Positions 1-10,987 of a stretch of 64,000 nt of DNA are shown one piece after another (positions within the stretch are counted from its first letter, which is position 1; each line of letters opens with the position of its first letter). The notes beneath the pieces are model-generated. The model worked only from the letters and a program-made list of their open reading frames with translations. It did no database searches and had not been told where the DNA came from. The stretch lies in NCBI GenBank assembly GCA_002722055.1, contig PBKD01000014.1, forward strand, positions 16,533 through 80,532, given 5' to 3'. Source of the stretch: Rhodospirillaceae bacterium (lineage in GTDB: Bacteria; Pseudomonadota; Alphaproteobacteria; SHVP01). A program made the translations under genes and the position numbers.

Positions 1-1
1 C

Positions 2-682
2 CAGATGATGGCAAAAAGCATTGAAAATATGCTTAATTCTGAGGGTTTTAATGTTTTCACTACAGAATTTGGTGAAGAGGGTCTGGACTTAGGTAAACTT
101 TATGAATATGACGTGATTGTGCTAGATCTCAACCTACCAGATATTTCTGGTTTTGATGTATTAAGAAAATTGCGAAGTTCTAAAATATCTACTCCAGTTT
201 TAATATTATCTGGTTTATCTGAAACTGATGATAAAATTAGAGGATTTGGTGTTGGAGCAGATGATTATCTCACCAAACCATTTAATAAAGAAGAACTTAC
301 AGCAAGGCTAAATGCTATAGTTAGACGATCAAGAGGACACTCAAGATCTGTAATTCAAACAGGAAGATTGGTCGTAGACCTTGATTCAAAATGCGCAACT
401 ATTGATGATAAACAGGTAAACCTTACAAGTAAAGAGTATGCCATCTTAGAAGTTCTTTCACTTCGTAAAGGAACTACTCTCACAAAAGAAATGTTCCTTA
501 ATCATTTATATGGTGGAATGGATGAACCGGAAATCAAAATAATAGATGTTTTTGTCTGCAAATTAAGAAAAAAATTAGCTGCTATTTCTGGTGGGAACGA
601 GTTTGTAGAAACAGTTTGGGGTCGTGGGTATGTTTTAAGAGATCAAAAGGAGGTCTCACTAGAACAAGCACCTGCTGCATAA
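2..682 (+). CDS. ctrA: Cell-cycle response regulator CtrA (N-terminus cut by window edge)
   Basis: [66 protein letters not shown] and [12 protein letters not shown] are hallmark CtrA sequences. The first ~9 residues lie before base 1. Confidence 0.96.
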   Translation, partial: QMMAKSIENMLNSEGFNVFTTEFGEEGLDLGKLYEYDVIVLDLNLPDISGFDVLRKLRSSKISTPVLILSGLSETDDKIRGFGVGADDYLTKPFNKEELTARLNAIVRRSRGHSRSVIQTGRLVVDLDSKCATIDDKQVNLTSKEYAILEVLSLRKGTTLTKEMFLNHLYGGMDEPEIKIIDVFVCKLRKKLAAISGGNEFVETVWGRGYVLRDQKEVSLEQAPAA

Positions 683-714
683 TTTTAGGGGTCTGTTTCT
701 CAGACCTCTAAAAT
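682..714. terminator. Probable bidirectional intrinsic terminator between ctrA and chpT
   Basis: ATTTTAGGGGTCTG-tttct-CAGACCTCTAAAAT hairpin (14-bp stem with one G.T) between convergent stop codons. Confidence 0.7.
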
Positions 715-719
715 AAAAA

Positions 720-1334
720 CTACTTCTTATTTGCCTTATAAGTTACACTATTTGTTTGTAAAGACTTTTTAAACCTTAATTCTAGTTCGTTTGATAAAAG
801 ACACGCAAACACAAAAGGAGTAAATTTTGTATCTGGAATTTGATATATTGAGTTAGCATTTATTAAATTAAGAATTTTTTCATCATCAATAATTTTTTTA
901 CCTTTAAATTCTATTTCAAAATTATTTTTATTTTTATAAATAACCTTTATTTTGCCTCCAAATGGGAGAATTACTTTAGAACCATAAAAAAAACTCAAAA
1001 TTAACTTAATAAATATCGCATCATTTTCAACTGGAAGATTTTCTTTAGTCCATATTAATTCAATATCCCTCAATACCAAATATCTATTGGATACTTCAAA
1101 TACATCATCAAATATTAAATTTTCAGTTGTTCTGCCAAATAAAAGCCTAAGAAATTTGAGTTGGATAACTGATTGTTTAGAAGCTTTCGAAATAAAATTA
1201 AATTCTTCTGTATTACTAGCTATTGATTCTTCTGGGTTAATAAGATCTAATGTGTTATCAATAACACTTAGAGAGCCAGCTAAGTCATGAAAAATTTGGC
1301 TACATAGTAATGAAGAAAATTTAAGCTTATCCAT
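720..1334 (-). CDS. chpT: Histidine phosphotransferase ChpT
   Basis: LLCSQIFHDLAGSL H-box like ChpT LLCSRxCHD; LKFLRLLFG; LPFGGKI degenerate CA domain; adjacent to ctrA. Confidence 0.82.
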   Translation of the reverse strand: MDKLKFSSLLCSQIFHDLAGSLSVIDNTLDLINPEESIASNTEEFNFISKASKQSVIQLKFLRLLFGRTTENLIFDDVFEVSNRYLVLRDIELIWTKENLPVENDAIFIKLILSFFYGSKVILPFGGKIKVIYKNKNNFEIEFKGKKIIDDEKILNLINANSIYQIPDTKFTPFVFACLLSNELELRFKKSLQTNSVTYKANKK

Positions 1335-1366
1335 TTATAAAATATACAATGAGTAAAGATTACTAA

Positions 1367-1540
1367 ATGATATACCCAGGAACTTATGTTATCAACAAAA
1401 AAAATACCGAATGGGGAATTGGACAAGTCCAAACTATAGTAAAAAATAAAGTTACTGTAAATTTCGAAAATGCAGGAAAACTTGTAATTAACACAGAGGT
1501 TATAAAACTTGATATAATTAACTTAAGTGAAAAAACTTAA
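1367..1540 (+). CDS. DUF3553 family small protein (57 aa, absent from ORF track)
   Basis: Manual translation MIYPGTYVINKKNTEWGIGQVQTIVKNKVTVNFENAGKLVINTEVIKLDIINLSEKT*, with the WGIGQVQ...TVNFENAGK motif; divergent from chpT. Confidence 0.85.
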   Translation: MIYPGTYVINKKNTEWGIGQVQTIVKNKVTVNFENAGKLVINTEVIKLDIINLSEKT

Positions 1541-2143
1541 TTAAATATAGGCTCTTAATTTTTCAAGGTCCTTTTTTGTATTAACATTTAAAAATGAGTG
1601 AGCATCTATACTTTTTAGTTCTTCAACAATGCATGAATTTTTTTTTAAAAAATATTGAACCTTATATTCATCTTTTTCTAAATATTCTTTAAGTTGGTGC
1701 CTTAAGGATACATCCCATAAGGAAAATAGGGGCTGGATAATACCTTCATGACTTACACAAAATAATTTTTTACAAGAATTTATTTTTTTCATTTTCAGTA
1801 AAGTGTTAACAATATCATTAGGAAAAAATGGAACATCAACAGCGAAATACACTACATTATTAACATAACTGTGGTTTTGGCTGATCCACTCCAATGTTGA
1901 TAATATACCACCCAATGGACCTACCAACTGGAAATTTAAGTCTGGCACTATCGGGATTTTAAAATCTAAATTATCTGACTCATAGTTATTTATACTTAAA
2001 ATTAGTTTATCAACCTGCTTACTAGCCTTCCTTATCGCACGCTCAATTAGTGTTTCGCCATCAAGAGTTGCGAAAATTTTATCTCCACCCTCAAATCTAG
2101 AGGACTTCCCACCAGCTAAGAGTACACCAATTATTTCATTCAT
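1541..2143 (-). CDS. mobA: Molybdenum cofactor guanylyltransferase
   Basis: LLAGGKSSRF..GDK, GPLGGI, VDVPFFP, QPLFSLW, FLNVNT motifs; divergent from moaA. Confidence 0.9.
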   Translation of the reverse strand: MNEIIGVLLAGGKSSRFEGGDKIFATLDGETLIERAIRKASKQVDKLILSINNYESDNLDFKIPIVPDLNFQLVGPLGGILSTLEWISQNHSYVNNVVYFAVDVPFFPNDIVNTLLKMKKINSCKKLFCVSHEGIIQPLFSLWDVSLRHQLKEYLEKDEYKVQYFLKKNSCIVEELKSIDAHSFLNVNTKKDLEKLRAYI

Positions 2144-2255
2144 GACATGTTAGTAAATTTAAGAATAGCATATATACTGCATAAAACCTTTTCTAGAATT
2201 TGATTAAGATTAAAATATATACCATAATGATATAATTTACATTAAGATAAAAATT

Positions 2256-3245
2256 ATGATAGATAAATTTGGAAGAAAAATAACTTATTTGAGACTGTCA
2301 GTAACTGATAGGTGTAATTTCCGATGCACTTATTGTATGTCAGAAAATGTAGAATTTCTGCCTAAGAAAGATCTTTTAACTTTAGAAGAATTAGAGACAA
2401 TATGTTCGGTTTTTATAGATAAAGGAATAAAAAAAATAAGAATTTCTGGTGGAGAGCCTTTAGTAAGAAAAAATATTATTCAATTATTTCAGAAATTAGG
2501 AAAAAAATTAAATACATCTAATTTAAATGAGCTGACCTTAACGACCAATGGAAGTCAACTAAAAGAATATTCTAGTTATTTATATGATTCTGGAGTTCGA
2601 AGAGTTAATATTTCTCTAGATACCCTTGATGAAAAAAAATTTCATTTAATTACAAAAAAAAATAACTTCCAGTCAGTTTTTGAAGGAATAAAAGCAGCAA
2701 AAAAATCTAACTTAAAAATTAAAATTAATACTGTTGCCCTAAAAGGTATTAATGATGATGAGATAAATAATTTAATATCATGGTGTGGTGACAATCAATT
2801 TGATCTAACTTTAATTGAAACTATGCCCCTAGGTGATACAGATATTCTAAGATCAAATAATTATCTTTCTCTATCAACAGTGAAAAAAGAGTTAATGAAT
2901 AAGTGGACAATGGAAGATATAAATTTTAGTTCAGGAGGTCCTGCTAAATACTCATACATAAAAGAAGCAAAAATTAAACTAGGAATGATTACACCAATGT
3001 CAAATAATTTTTGCTCCAGTTGCAATAGAATTAGAGTTACATGTACTGGAAAAATATATATGTGTCTCGGTCAGAATAACTCTGTTGACCTGAAAAAAGC
3101 TCTTAGGTCCCAAAAAAGCTATCATTCTTTAGAAAATTTAATTGATCAATCTATTATTGAAAAACCTAAAGAACATAGCTTTACCACAAAAGAATTCTCA
3201 GGTTCGTCAATTATTGAAAGAAATATGAATGTTACCGGAGGATAA
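2256..3245 (+). CDS. moaA: GTP 3',8-cyclase (radical SAM)
   Basis: YLRLSVTDRCNFRCTYCM, GGEPL, FCSSCNRIRVTCTG..YMCL, C-terminal GG. Confidence 0.96.
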   Translation: MIDKFGRKITYLRLSVTDRCNFRCTYCMSENVEFLPKKDLLTLEELETICSVFIDKGIKKIRISGGEPLVRKNIIQLFQKLGKKLNTSNLNELTLTTNGSQLKEYSSYLYDSGVRRVNISLDTLDEKKFHLITKKNNFQSVFEGIKAAKKSNLKIKINTVALKGINDDEINNLISWCGDNQFDLTLIETMPLGDTDILRSNNYLSLSTVKKELMNKWTMEDINFSSGGPAKYSYIKEAKIKLGMITPMSNNFCSSCNRIRVTCTGKIYMCLGQNNSVDLKKALRSQKSYHSLENLIDQSIIEKPKEHSFTTKEFSGSSIIERNMNVTGG

Positions 3246-3277
3246 TTTATGTCCTTATTATATTTTGAGATATAAAA

Positions 3278-4051
3278 ATGATAAAAAAAAATAAATTGAA
3301 TATTTGTTTTCTTGCCAGCAACTCAAATGATGCAAAGAGTGCTTCAAAAAAACTCAAAAAGATGTATTCTGGTGTTTCCCCTTTAGAGGCTGACGTTATT
3401 GTTGCTCTGGGAGGTGATGGTTTTGCTCTATCCACTCTTCATAAATATATGGAAAAAAATATTCCTATTTTTGGAATGAACTGTGGAACAGTAGGATTCT
3501 TGATGAATAATTATAATGAAAGTAATTTAGTGGAAAGACTTAAAAAAGCTAAAGAAGTATCGTTACAACCTTTAAAAATGTTAGCTACAAAAAATGGAAA
3601 AAAAAGAACTGCTATAGCAGTTAATGAAATTTCTCTTTTACGCGAGACAAGACAAGCAGCAAAAATTAGAATTTCTGTTGATGGTATAGAAAGAATTGAA
3701 GAATTAATATGTGATGGAGTGCTTTTATCAACACCCGCAGGAAGTACTGCATACAACCTTTCTGCTCATGGGCCTATTATCCCTCTAGAGTCTGATGTAA
3801 ACGCACTTACTCCAATAAGTGCATTTAGGCCTAGAAGATGGAGAGGAGCACTTCTCCCAAAAAAATCAAAAGTTCGATTTGACGTTATAGAATCAAACAA
3901 ACGACCAGTAAGTGCAGTTGCTGACCATACAGAAATTCGAGACGTTACATCAGTAGAAATTGAGTTAGCAAAAAATAAAAAAATAAGAATTTTATTTGAT
4001 GCTGAACATAATTTAGCTGAAAGAATAATTAATGAACAGTTTATACCTTAG
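3278..4051 (+). CDS. nadK: NAD kinase
   Basis: [39 protein letters not shown]. Confidence 0.95.
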   Translation: MIKKNKLNICFLASNSNDAKSASKKLKKMYSGVSPLEADVIVALGGDGFALSTLHKYMEKNIPIFGMNCGTVGFLMNNYNESNLVERLKKAKEVSLQPLKMLATKNGKKRTAIAVNEISLLRETRQAAKIRISVDGIERIEELICDGVLLSTPAGSTAYNLSAHGPIIPLESDVNALTPISAFRPRRWRGALLPKKSKVRFDVIESNKRPVSAVADHTEIRDVTSVEIELAKNKKIRILFDAEHNLAERIINEQFIP

Positions 4052-4077
4052 TTCAGAATTTATTCTTTTTAAGTCTA

Positions 4078-5127
4078 ATGAAAATAAATATATCATTTAA
4101 AAAACTAATCTCATCTATAACTCTTGGTATCATCGGCGGAACTTTATTTAACTTCTTAAATTTTCCTTTAGCATGGATGATGGGGCCAATGATTTTCGTA
4201 ACATTAGGAGCTCTTTCTGGGGTTCCTGTTGAAATGCCAAACAAACTAAGATCTTTATTTATAAGTATACTTGGAGTAATGCTAGGAAGCGCTTTTACCC
4301 CACAACTTTTGGGACAGGCTAGCCAATTTGGATTGGCTTTTATAATCCAAATTTTATATATGTTTCTTGCAGGCTTAACTGCATATATTATTTTTAGAAT
4401 GCTTGGAAAATATGATAGGGTTACCTCTTATTTTTCATGTACTCCTGGAGGCTTGTCAGAAATGACGCTTTCAGGGGAACATTATGGTGGTGATACAAGA
4501 ATTATTTCAATTAATCATTCTGTCAGAATTTTAATAATTGTAACTATAATTCCATTTTATTTTAAATTTTTTGAAGGCATACAAGTTATTAATAATTCCT
4601 ATTTAAAATTGGAGGTGTGGGAATTTCTTGATATCTTACTTTTATCTGGCTGTGTTCTTATTGGATACCCGGTAGCAAATAAATTAAAACTGCCTGCGGC
4701 TCCGCTAATTGGGCCTATGATTCTCTCTGCATTGATTCACTCCCTAGGATTTACTGAAGCAAATGTTCCTGACCTTTTAATTTCAATTTCACAATTAATT
4801 GTTGGAACAGCACTTGGATGTAGATTTACTGAAAAAATATCACTAAAAGAAATGGTAAAGATAATATTTATAGCTATAGTATCAGCAATTTCCATGATAA
4901 CAGTAGCAGTTTTATTAACTTATATTTCAATAAATTTAATCCCAATTGATACCACAACTTTATTTTTATCTATAGCCCCAGGAGGTCTTGCTGAAATGAG
5001 CCTCATTGCCCTTGCTTTGGGGACTGGGACAGCATTTGTAACTGTGATGCACTTTTTTAGAGTATGTGTTGTGATGCTTTTTGGAGCAATAATATACAAA
5101 ATTACGATAAATAAGTTTAATCCATAA
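4078..5127 (+). CDS. AbrB family membrane protein
   Basis: Two-fold repeat: PLAWMMGPM..PGGLSEM and PAAPLIGPM..PGGLAEM; strongly hydrophobic. Confidence 0.88.
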   Translation: MKINISFKKLISSITLGIIGGTLFNFLNFPLAWMMGPMIFVTLGALSGVPVEMPNKLRSLFISILGVMLGSAFTPQLLGQASQFGLAFIIQILYMFLAGLTAYIIFRMLGKYDRVTSYFSCTPGGLSEMTLSGEHYGGDTRIISINHSVRILIIVTIIPFYFKFFEGIQVINNSYLKLEVWEFLDILLLSGCVLIGYPVANKLKLPAAPLIGPMILSALIHSLGFTEANVPDLLISISQLIVGTALGCRFTEKISLKEMVKIIFIAIVSAISMITVAVLLTYISINLIPIDTTTLFLSIAPGGLAEMSLIALALGTGTAFVTVMHFFRVCVVMLFGAIIYKITINKFNP

Positions 5128-5256
5128 TATAACCATAGAAAATATATATTTTTTAATTTTAGCCTTTCTAAAAAAATAATACTGTTTATTTTATCAAAAT
5201 ATAAGGTATCATAAAACGTATATTAGATTATTAATTATTTATTTCGGAGATATTAA

Positions 5257-7575
5257 ATGGGTCAATTTGGTGTAGGGCAAGCCATTAGAAGAAAAGAAGA
5301 TATAAGGTTACTTGAAGGAAAAGGTAGATATCTTGATGATTTACATTTTGAAAATCAAGCTTATGGAGCTGTTCTAAGATCACCTCACGCACATGCAAAA
5401 ATTAAATCTATTAACATAGAAAATGCCGTTAATTTAAATGGAGTTCTGGACATTATTACAGCCAAGGATTTAAAGGCTGATAACATTACTGGAATTCCAT
5501 GTCTTGCAAAAGTAGAATCACGTGATGGTCAGGATATGGCTAACCCTCTAAGACCAATACTCGCTGAAGATTATGTTAGGTATGTTGGGGATTATATTGC
5601 TTTTGTTGTTGCAGAAACTAAAGAAATAGCTAAAGCAGCTTTAGAATATATTGAAATTGATTTTGATATTCTTGATTCAATCACAAATCCTGTTGATGCT
5701 TCAAAAAATGATAGCCCAAGAGTTTGGGACAATTTAGATACCAATAGAGTTTTCGATTGGGAAAATGGAAATAAGGATAAGGTTGATGATATATTTAAAA
5801 ATTCTGAGCTTAAATCTGAAGTGCATTTAATTAATAATAGAGTAGTTGTAAATTCGATGGAGCCAAGGGGGGCTATAGGGCAGTTTGATAAAGATAAAAA
5901 TAAGTTTACACTTTACACTCCTAGTCAAAATGTTCATTTAATGAAAACATTAGTTTCTGGTTCATTGGGAATTGAGTCAGAAAATTTAAGAGTAGTTTCC
6001 CCTGACATGGGTGGTGGATTTGGTATGAAGGTTTTCATATATCCAGAACAAATTTTGCTTCCATATGCGTCAAAAAGAGTAAATAAAACAGTTAAATGGA
6101 CAAGTGATAGAAGTGAAGCTTTTATTAGCGATACTCAAGGCCGAGATCACGTAACTAAAGCAGAAATAGCCCTGGATAAAAATGGCAAATTTAAAGCTAT
6201 AAGAGTTAAAACAATTTCAAATATGGGCGCATACCTATCTAACTTTGCTCCAATGATTGCTACTCAAGCCGGCACAGTCATGTTAACAGGACTTTATGAT
6301 ATACCCGAGGCTTATGTTAATGTTTTGGGGGTATTTACTAATACAGTTCCTATAGATGCTTATAGAGGAGCAGGAAGACCTGAAGCATCTCACATAATTG
6401 AAAGGCTAGTAGATGTAGCCGCCAGCGATCATGGTTTTGCTAAAGATCAAATAAGAAGAATAAACCTCATACCTAATGAAAAGGTGCCTTATAAAACACC
6501 TCTCGGTCCAGAGTATGATTCAGGAAATTTTATAAAAAATTTAGAAGATGCCTTAAAAATATCTAAATGGTCAAATTTTTATGAAAGAAAAAAGGAAGCA
6601 AAGAAAAGAGGAAAATTTAGGGGTATCGGAATTGGTTGTTATGTTGAAGCTGCCGCAGGTGGACCTAATGAGGATGTAGAAATTATCTTTGAAGAAGATG
6701 GATCTGTATCAGTTCTTATAGGAACAATAGCTATCGGGCAAGGAATAGTTACATCGTACTCTCAGGTTTTAGAAGAATTACTAGGTATAGATTTTGAAAA
6801 AATAAATATAATTATGGGCGATACTGATAAAGTTGCCACAGGCGGAGGAACTGGAGGATCAAAGTCACTTATGCTTGGTGCTTCCGCTATGAAACATGCG
6901 TCTGTTGAGATTATAAATAAAGGAAAAAAAATTGCAGCACACCTTTTAGAGGCGTCAGAGGCAGACATCAATTTTTCTGATGGTTATTTCACAATCAAAG
7001 GAACTGATAAAAAAATAAATATAACTGATGTAGCCAAAACAAAGCAATCTGACCTTCCAGAAAACATTGATGCTTCTCTGAATACTAAAGCAAATTCTGA
7101 TGTAAGCAATGGAACATACCCTAATGGCTGTCATGTATGTGAACTTGAAATAGATGGAGATACTGGCCACGTAAAACTTCTTAACTATACAGTTATTGAT
7201 GATCTCGGAAAGGTAATTAATCCTCTTATAGTTGAAGGGCAAGTCCACGGGGGAATTGTGCAGGGATTAGGTCAAGTTTTAATGGAACATTGTATTTATG
7301 ATCATTCAAATGGACAATTGATAACAGGTTCATTTATGGACTATGCAATGCCACGAGCAGATAATGTTCCACCAAAAATATCACTAGGTTTCAATGAAGT
7401 CCTCTGTACTAAAAACCCATTAGGCATCAAGGGTGCTGGGGAAGCTGGAACTGTAGGTGCCTTAGGGTGTATTGTAAATGCTCTAGTTAACGCCCTTGAA
7501 GAATTTGGAGTCTCTCATATTGAAATGCCAGCTACACCAGAGTCACTATGGGGAATAATTAACAGCAAACAATAG
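5257..7575 (+). CDS. Xanthine dehydrogenase-family molybdopterin-binding large subunit (form II CoxL-like), copy 1
   Basis: RSPHAHA, MEPRG, DMGGGFGMK, AYRGAGRPE, GQVHGGIVQG, KGAGEAG. Confidence 0.92.
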   Translation: MGQFGVGQAIRRKEDIRLLEGKGRYLDDLHFENQAYGAVLRSPHAHAKIKSINIENAVNLNGVLDIITAKDLKADNITGIPCLAKVESRDGQDMANPLRPILAEDYVRYVGDYIAFVVAETKEIAKAALEYIEIDFDILDSITNPVDASKNDSPRVWDNLDTNRVFDWENGNKDKVDDIFKNSELKSEVHLINNRVVVNSMEPRGAIGQFDKDKNKFTLYTPSQNVHLMKTLVSGSLGIESENLRVVSPDMGGGFGMKVFIYPEQILLPYASKRVNKTVKWTSDRSEAFISDTQGRDHVTKAEIALDKNGKFKAIRVKTISNMGAYLSNFAPMIATQAGTVMLTGLYDIPEAYVNVLGVFTNTVPIDAYRGAGRPEASHIIERLVDVAASDHGFAKDQIRRINLIPNEKVPYKTPLGPEYDSGNFIKNLEDALKISKWSNFYERKKEAKKRGKFRGIGIGCYVEAAAGGPNEDVEIIFEEDGSVSVLIGTIAIGQGIVTSYSQVLEELLGIDFEKINIIMGDTDKVATGGGTGGSKSLMLGASAMKHASVEIINKGKKIAAHLLEASEADINFSDGYFTIKGTDKKINITDVAKTKQSDLPENIDASLNTKANSDVSNGTYPNGCHVCELEIDGDTGHVKLLNYTVIDDLGKVINPLIVEGQVHGGIVQGLGQVLMEHCIYDHSNGQLITGSFMDYAMPRADNVPPKISLGFNEVLCTKNPLGIKGAGEAGTVGALGCIVNALVNALEEFGVSHIEMPATPESLWGIINSKQ

Positions 7576-7600
7576 TTTTAAATCTTACCACAGGTTAGTA

Positions 7601-9922
7601 ATGAAAGAATTTGGAATTGGAAAAAGAGTTCTAAGAAGAGAGGATGATAAGCTACTAACTGGTAACGGTCTTTATATGGGAGATATAAATTTTGAAGACC
7701 AGTTACATGCTTATGTTTTAAGATCCCCTCATGCTAATGCAAAAATTATTTCAATAGATACCTCCGTAGCTAAATCAGCTAGTGGAGTAATTGGAATATA
7801 TACTAATAATGACATAGAAATTGAACCCTTACCTTGCGCAGTTGACTCTATGTTTGAATTTAAAAAAAGAAATGGATCAAAAAGATTCTTTCCAAAACAC
7901 GACGTCTTAGCCTCTAAATTTGTGCGACACGTGGGAGACCCAGTTGCGATTATAGTTGCGAAAAGCCTTATTCTCGCCAAAGATGCAGCAGAATTAATTA
8001 CCGTAGAATACGAAATTCTACCATGTGTTATTGATCCTGAAGAAGCAATTAAAAATGATTCATATACTATCTACCAAGAAGAGGGAGCAACGGATAATAT
8101 TGCTTTCTTATTTAATCAAGGTAATAAGAATGCTATAGAAGAAATTTTTAATAAAGCAGACCATATCACTAGGTTTAAACATATAAACCAAAGAATAGTT
8201 TGTAATTCTATGGAGCCCAGAGGATGTATAGGTGTTTATCATAAGGAAAAAGATACTTATGAATTATATACAAACACACAAAGTGTATATAGAAATAGAG
8301 AAGTTTGTTCTAAACAATTAGGAATCAAAGAAGACCAACTCACCGTCATATGCCCAGATGTTGGAGGTTCATTCGGAATGAAAGGAATGCCTTATCCAGA
8401 ACAACCACTTGTACTATGGCTTGCTAAAAAAACAAATCATCCTATTAAATGGTATTCAGATAGAAGCGAAGCATTTTTATCTGATACTCAAGGAAGAGAT
8501 TTAGTAATTGACGCGGAATTAGCATTAACCAAAAATGGTAAATTTCTTGGCATTAGATCATATGCAATAGGAAATATGGGGGCTTATGCATCAAATTTTG
8601 GACCAATGATACTCTCTTTAGGTTCCACAAAACTTTTACCAGGTTGCTATGATATTCCAGAAATATATTCTGAAGTAGAAGTAGTAATCACAAATAAAGT
8701 CTTTACAGATGCCTATAGAGGAGCAGGAAGACCTGAGGCATCATTCACAATTGAAAGGTTAGTTGATAAAGCGGCAAAGGAACTAAATATAGATCCAATA
8801 CAAATAAGAAAATTAAATCTTATAAAAGAAAATCAAATGCCATTTACTGGACCTACTGGACTTGTCTATGACTCGGGTAATTTTGGGCTGAACTTACAAG
8901 ATTGTTTAGATAAATCTAAAATTGATTCATTTGAAAAAAGAAAAGAAAAGAGTGAACTTCAAGGGTATTTAAGAGGAATTGGTATTTCAGTATATATTGA
9001 AGCTACGGCTGGTGGAGTTCCTGAAACTAGTAAGATAGAAATAAACCCAGATGGAACTGTAGATGTTTATACCGGGGCTTTAGCTCAAGGGCAAGCACAT
9101 GAAACTACATTCTCACAAATTGTTGCTGATAAATTTGGAATTGATATTAACAAAATTAATTTTTTTCAAGGAAACTCTAATCTTTTAACAAAGGGAGGTG
9201 GAACTGGAGGGTCTCGATCTTCTTACTCAGCTGGTGGTGCAATTTTAGCAAGCACAAATAGTATTATAGAAAAGTCTAGATCAAAAGCATCTGATATTCT
9301 TGAAGTAAAACCTGAAGACCTAGAGTTTTATGAAGGAAATTTTATAATCAAAGGAACAGATAAAAAAATAAGTATATTTAATATTGCAAAACAATTTTTG
9401 GGTGAAGCAAGTAAAAAAGAAGAAAATAATAAACTCACATCATTTGACTCATACACATCTGAAGGTTCAACCTTCCCCAATGGTTGTCATATTGTAGAGG
9501 TAGAAATTGATCCAGAAACAGGGTTTTCTAAAATTGATAGATACACAGTTATTGATGATTTTGGGGTTGTTCTCAACCCAATGATAGTGGAGGGCCAGAT
9601 TCACGGTGGAATTGCCCAAGGAATAGGTCAAGCTCTTTTAGAAGATACTATTTATGATACTACTGGACAACTAATTACTGGTTCATTCATGGATTATACC
9701 ATGCCTAGAGCAGATAATATTCCTTCAATAGAAATTTCTATGAACTCATTTCCTTGTAAAACAAACTCTTTAGGAGTTAAAGGGGCTGGTGAGGCTGGAA
9801 CAACAGGCGCTACTGGTGCTGTAATTAATGCAATCATTGATGCCTTATCACCTTATGATATAAGTCACATAGAAATGCCTGCAACACCTCAAAGAATTTG
9901 GGAATCTATTAACAAAAAATAA
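7601..9922 (+). CDS. Xanthine dehydrogenase-family molybdopterin-binding large subunit (form II CoxL-like), copy 2
   Basis: RSPHANA, MEPRG, DVGGSFGMK, AYRGAGRPE, GQIHGGIAQG, KGAGEAG. Confidence 0.92.
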   Translation: MKEFGIGKRVLRREDDKLLTGNGLYMGDINFEDQLHAYVLRSPHANAKIISIDTSVAKSASGVIGIYTNNDIEIEPLPCAVDSMFEFKKRNGSKRFFPKHDVLASKFVRHVGDPVAIIVAKSLILAKDAAELITVEYEILPCVIDPEEAIKNDSYTIYQEEGATDNIAFLFNQGNKNAIEEIFNKADHITRFKHINQRIVCNSMEPRGCIGVYHKEKDTYELYTNTQSVYRNREVCSKQLGIKEDQLTVICPDVGGSFGMKGMPYPEQPLVLWLAKKTNHPIKWYSDRSEAFLSDTQGRDLVIDAELALTKNGKFLGIRSYAIGNMGAYASNFGPMILSLGSTKLLPGCYDIPEIYSEVEVVITNKVFTDAYRGAGRPEASFTIERLVDKAAKELNIDPIQIRKLNLIKENQMPFTGPTGLVYDSGNFGLNLQDCLDKSKIDSFEKRKEKSELQGYLRGIGISVYIEATAGGVPETSKIEINPDGTVDVYTGALAQGQAHETTFSQIVADKFGIDINKINFFQGNSNLLTKGGGTGGSRSSYSAGGAILASTNSIIEKSRSKASDILEVKPEDLEFYEGNFIIKGTDKKISIFNIAKQFLGEASKKEENNKLTSFDSYTSEGSTFPNGCHIVEVEIDPETGFSKIDRYTVIDDFGVVLNPMIVEGQIHGGIAQGIGQALLEDTIYDTTGQLITGSFMDYTMPRADNIPSIEISMNSFPCKTNSLGVKGAGEAGTTGATGAVINAIIDALSPYDISHIEMPATPQRIWESINKK

Positions 9923-9924
9923 AA

Positions 9925-10986
9925 TTAACCTTTTTTTGCAGATTCAACTCCCTCAGGTAAAGGAACATCTTTAAGAGCCCACAGATCTCTTGGCGCGTCC
10001 ATCTCTCCTGCTCGCCAACAAGCAACCTTTCTATCTTTAGAAATTTCTACATAAGGAGGTTTCTCAATAGTGCACTTTTCTGTTGCTATAGGGCATCTTG
10101 GGTGAAACCTACACCCTTTTGGTCTATAAATTGGTGATGGCGGATCACCTGTTAAAACTATACGCTTCCTGTCTCCCCCTGGTTCAGGAATAGGAGTTGC
10201 TGATAATAATGCAACTGTATAAGGGTGCTGAGGATTGCCAACCAATTCGTCTGATGGCCCCTCTTCGACTGCCTCACCTAAATACATAACAATTATCCTG
10301 TCGGAAATTTGATGCACTAAGGCCAGATCATGTGCAATTACAAGTAAGCCAATACTCAATCTATCTTGTAAATCTCTTAACAAATTTATTATTTGAGCTT
10401 GAATTGATACATCTAACGCTGAAACAGGTTCATCTGCTATTATCGCTTCAGGCTCTAGGGCTAGAGATCGAGCTACAGCAATCCGCTGTCTTTGTCCTCC
10501 TGAGAATTGGGAAGGAACCCTATCTGCAGCATCTTGTGGTAAACCAACCTGATCAAGAAGCTCTTCAACTCTGTTATTAATTTCTCTTCTTGATCCGTAC
10601 CGGTGCGCTTTAAGAGGTTCAGATATAACTCTTCTAATGGACCATCTTGGATCTAAGCTTGAATAAGGATCTTGGAAAACTATTTGAAGCTTTTTTCTGA
10701 TTGGCATTAAACCTTTTTGATTAAGATGTGTTATATCTTGACCCGCAAAAAGTATCTTGCCACCCTCAGGCTCATGAGCTCTCATTAAAGTTAAAGCAAC
10801 TGTAGACTTACCAGATCCAGATTCTCCAACTAAGCCAACTGTCTCTTTCGGTCGAACCCCTAAACTAATTTTGTCAACAGCATGTAGTTTTTTTCCACCT
10901 GGAACTCTGAAAGTAACTTTAAGGTCTTGAGCTTCAAGCAAATAATTAGGATCAGAAGTAGTATCATCTAGTTTTTGATGACTCAT
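9925..10986 (-). CDS. Oligopeptide/dipeptide ABC transporter ATPase (OppF/DppF-like)
   Basis: GESGSGKS, FSGGQRQR, ADEPVSALD, AHD, C-terminal GCRFHPRC..C..VAC. ATG at 10986 follows GAGGTG and is preferred over 10998. Confidence 0.93.
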   Translation of the reverse strand: MSHQKLDDTTSDPNYLLEAQDLKVTFRVPGGKKLHAVDKISLGVRPKETVGLVGESGSGKSTVALTLMRAHEPEGGKILFAGQDITHLNQKGLMPIRKKLQIVFQDPYSSLDPRWSIRRVISEPLKAHRYGSRREINNRVEELLDQVGLPQDAADRVPSQFSGGQRQRIAVARSLALEPEAIIADEPVSALDVSIQAQIINLLRDLQDRLSIGLLVIAHDLALVHQISDRIIVMYLGEAVEEGPSDELVGNPQHPYTVALLSATPIPEPGGDRKRIVLTGDPPSPIYRPKGCRFHPRCPIATEKCTIEKPPYVEISKDRKVACWRAGEMDAPRDLWALKDVPLPEGVESAKKG

Positions 10987-10987
10987 T

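Noticed and set aside
4078..5127. Ammonia monooxygenase
   Set aside because: AbrB-family membrane proteins often carry this misleading label; there are no AmoA/B/C motifs
5257..9922. Aerobic CO dehydrogenase (form I coxL)
   Set aside because: The active-site loop is AYRGAGR, not AYxCSFR, and no coxM/S/D/E/F genes are adjacent
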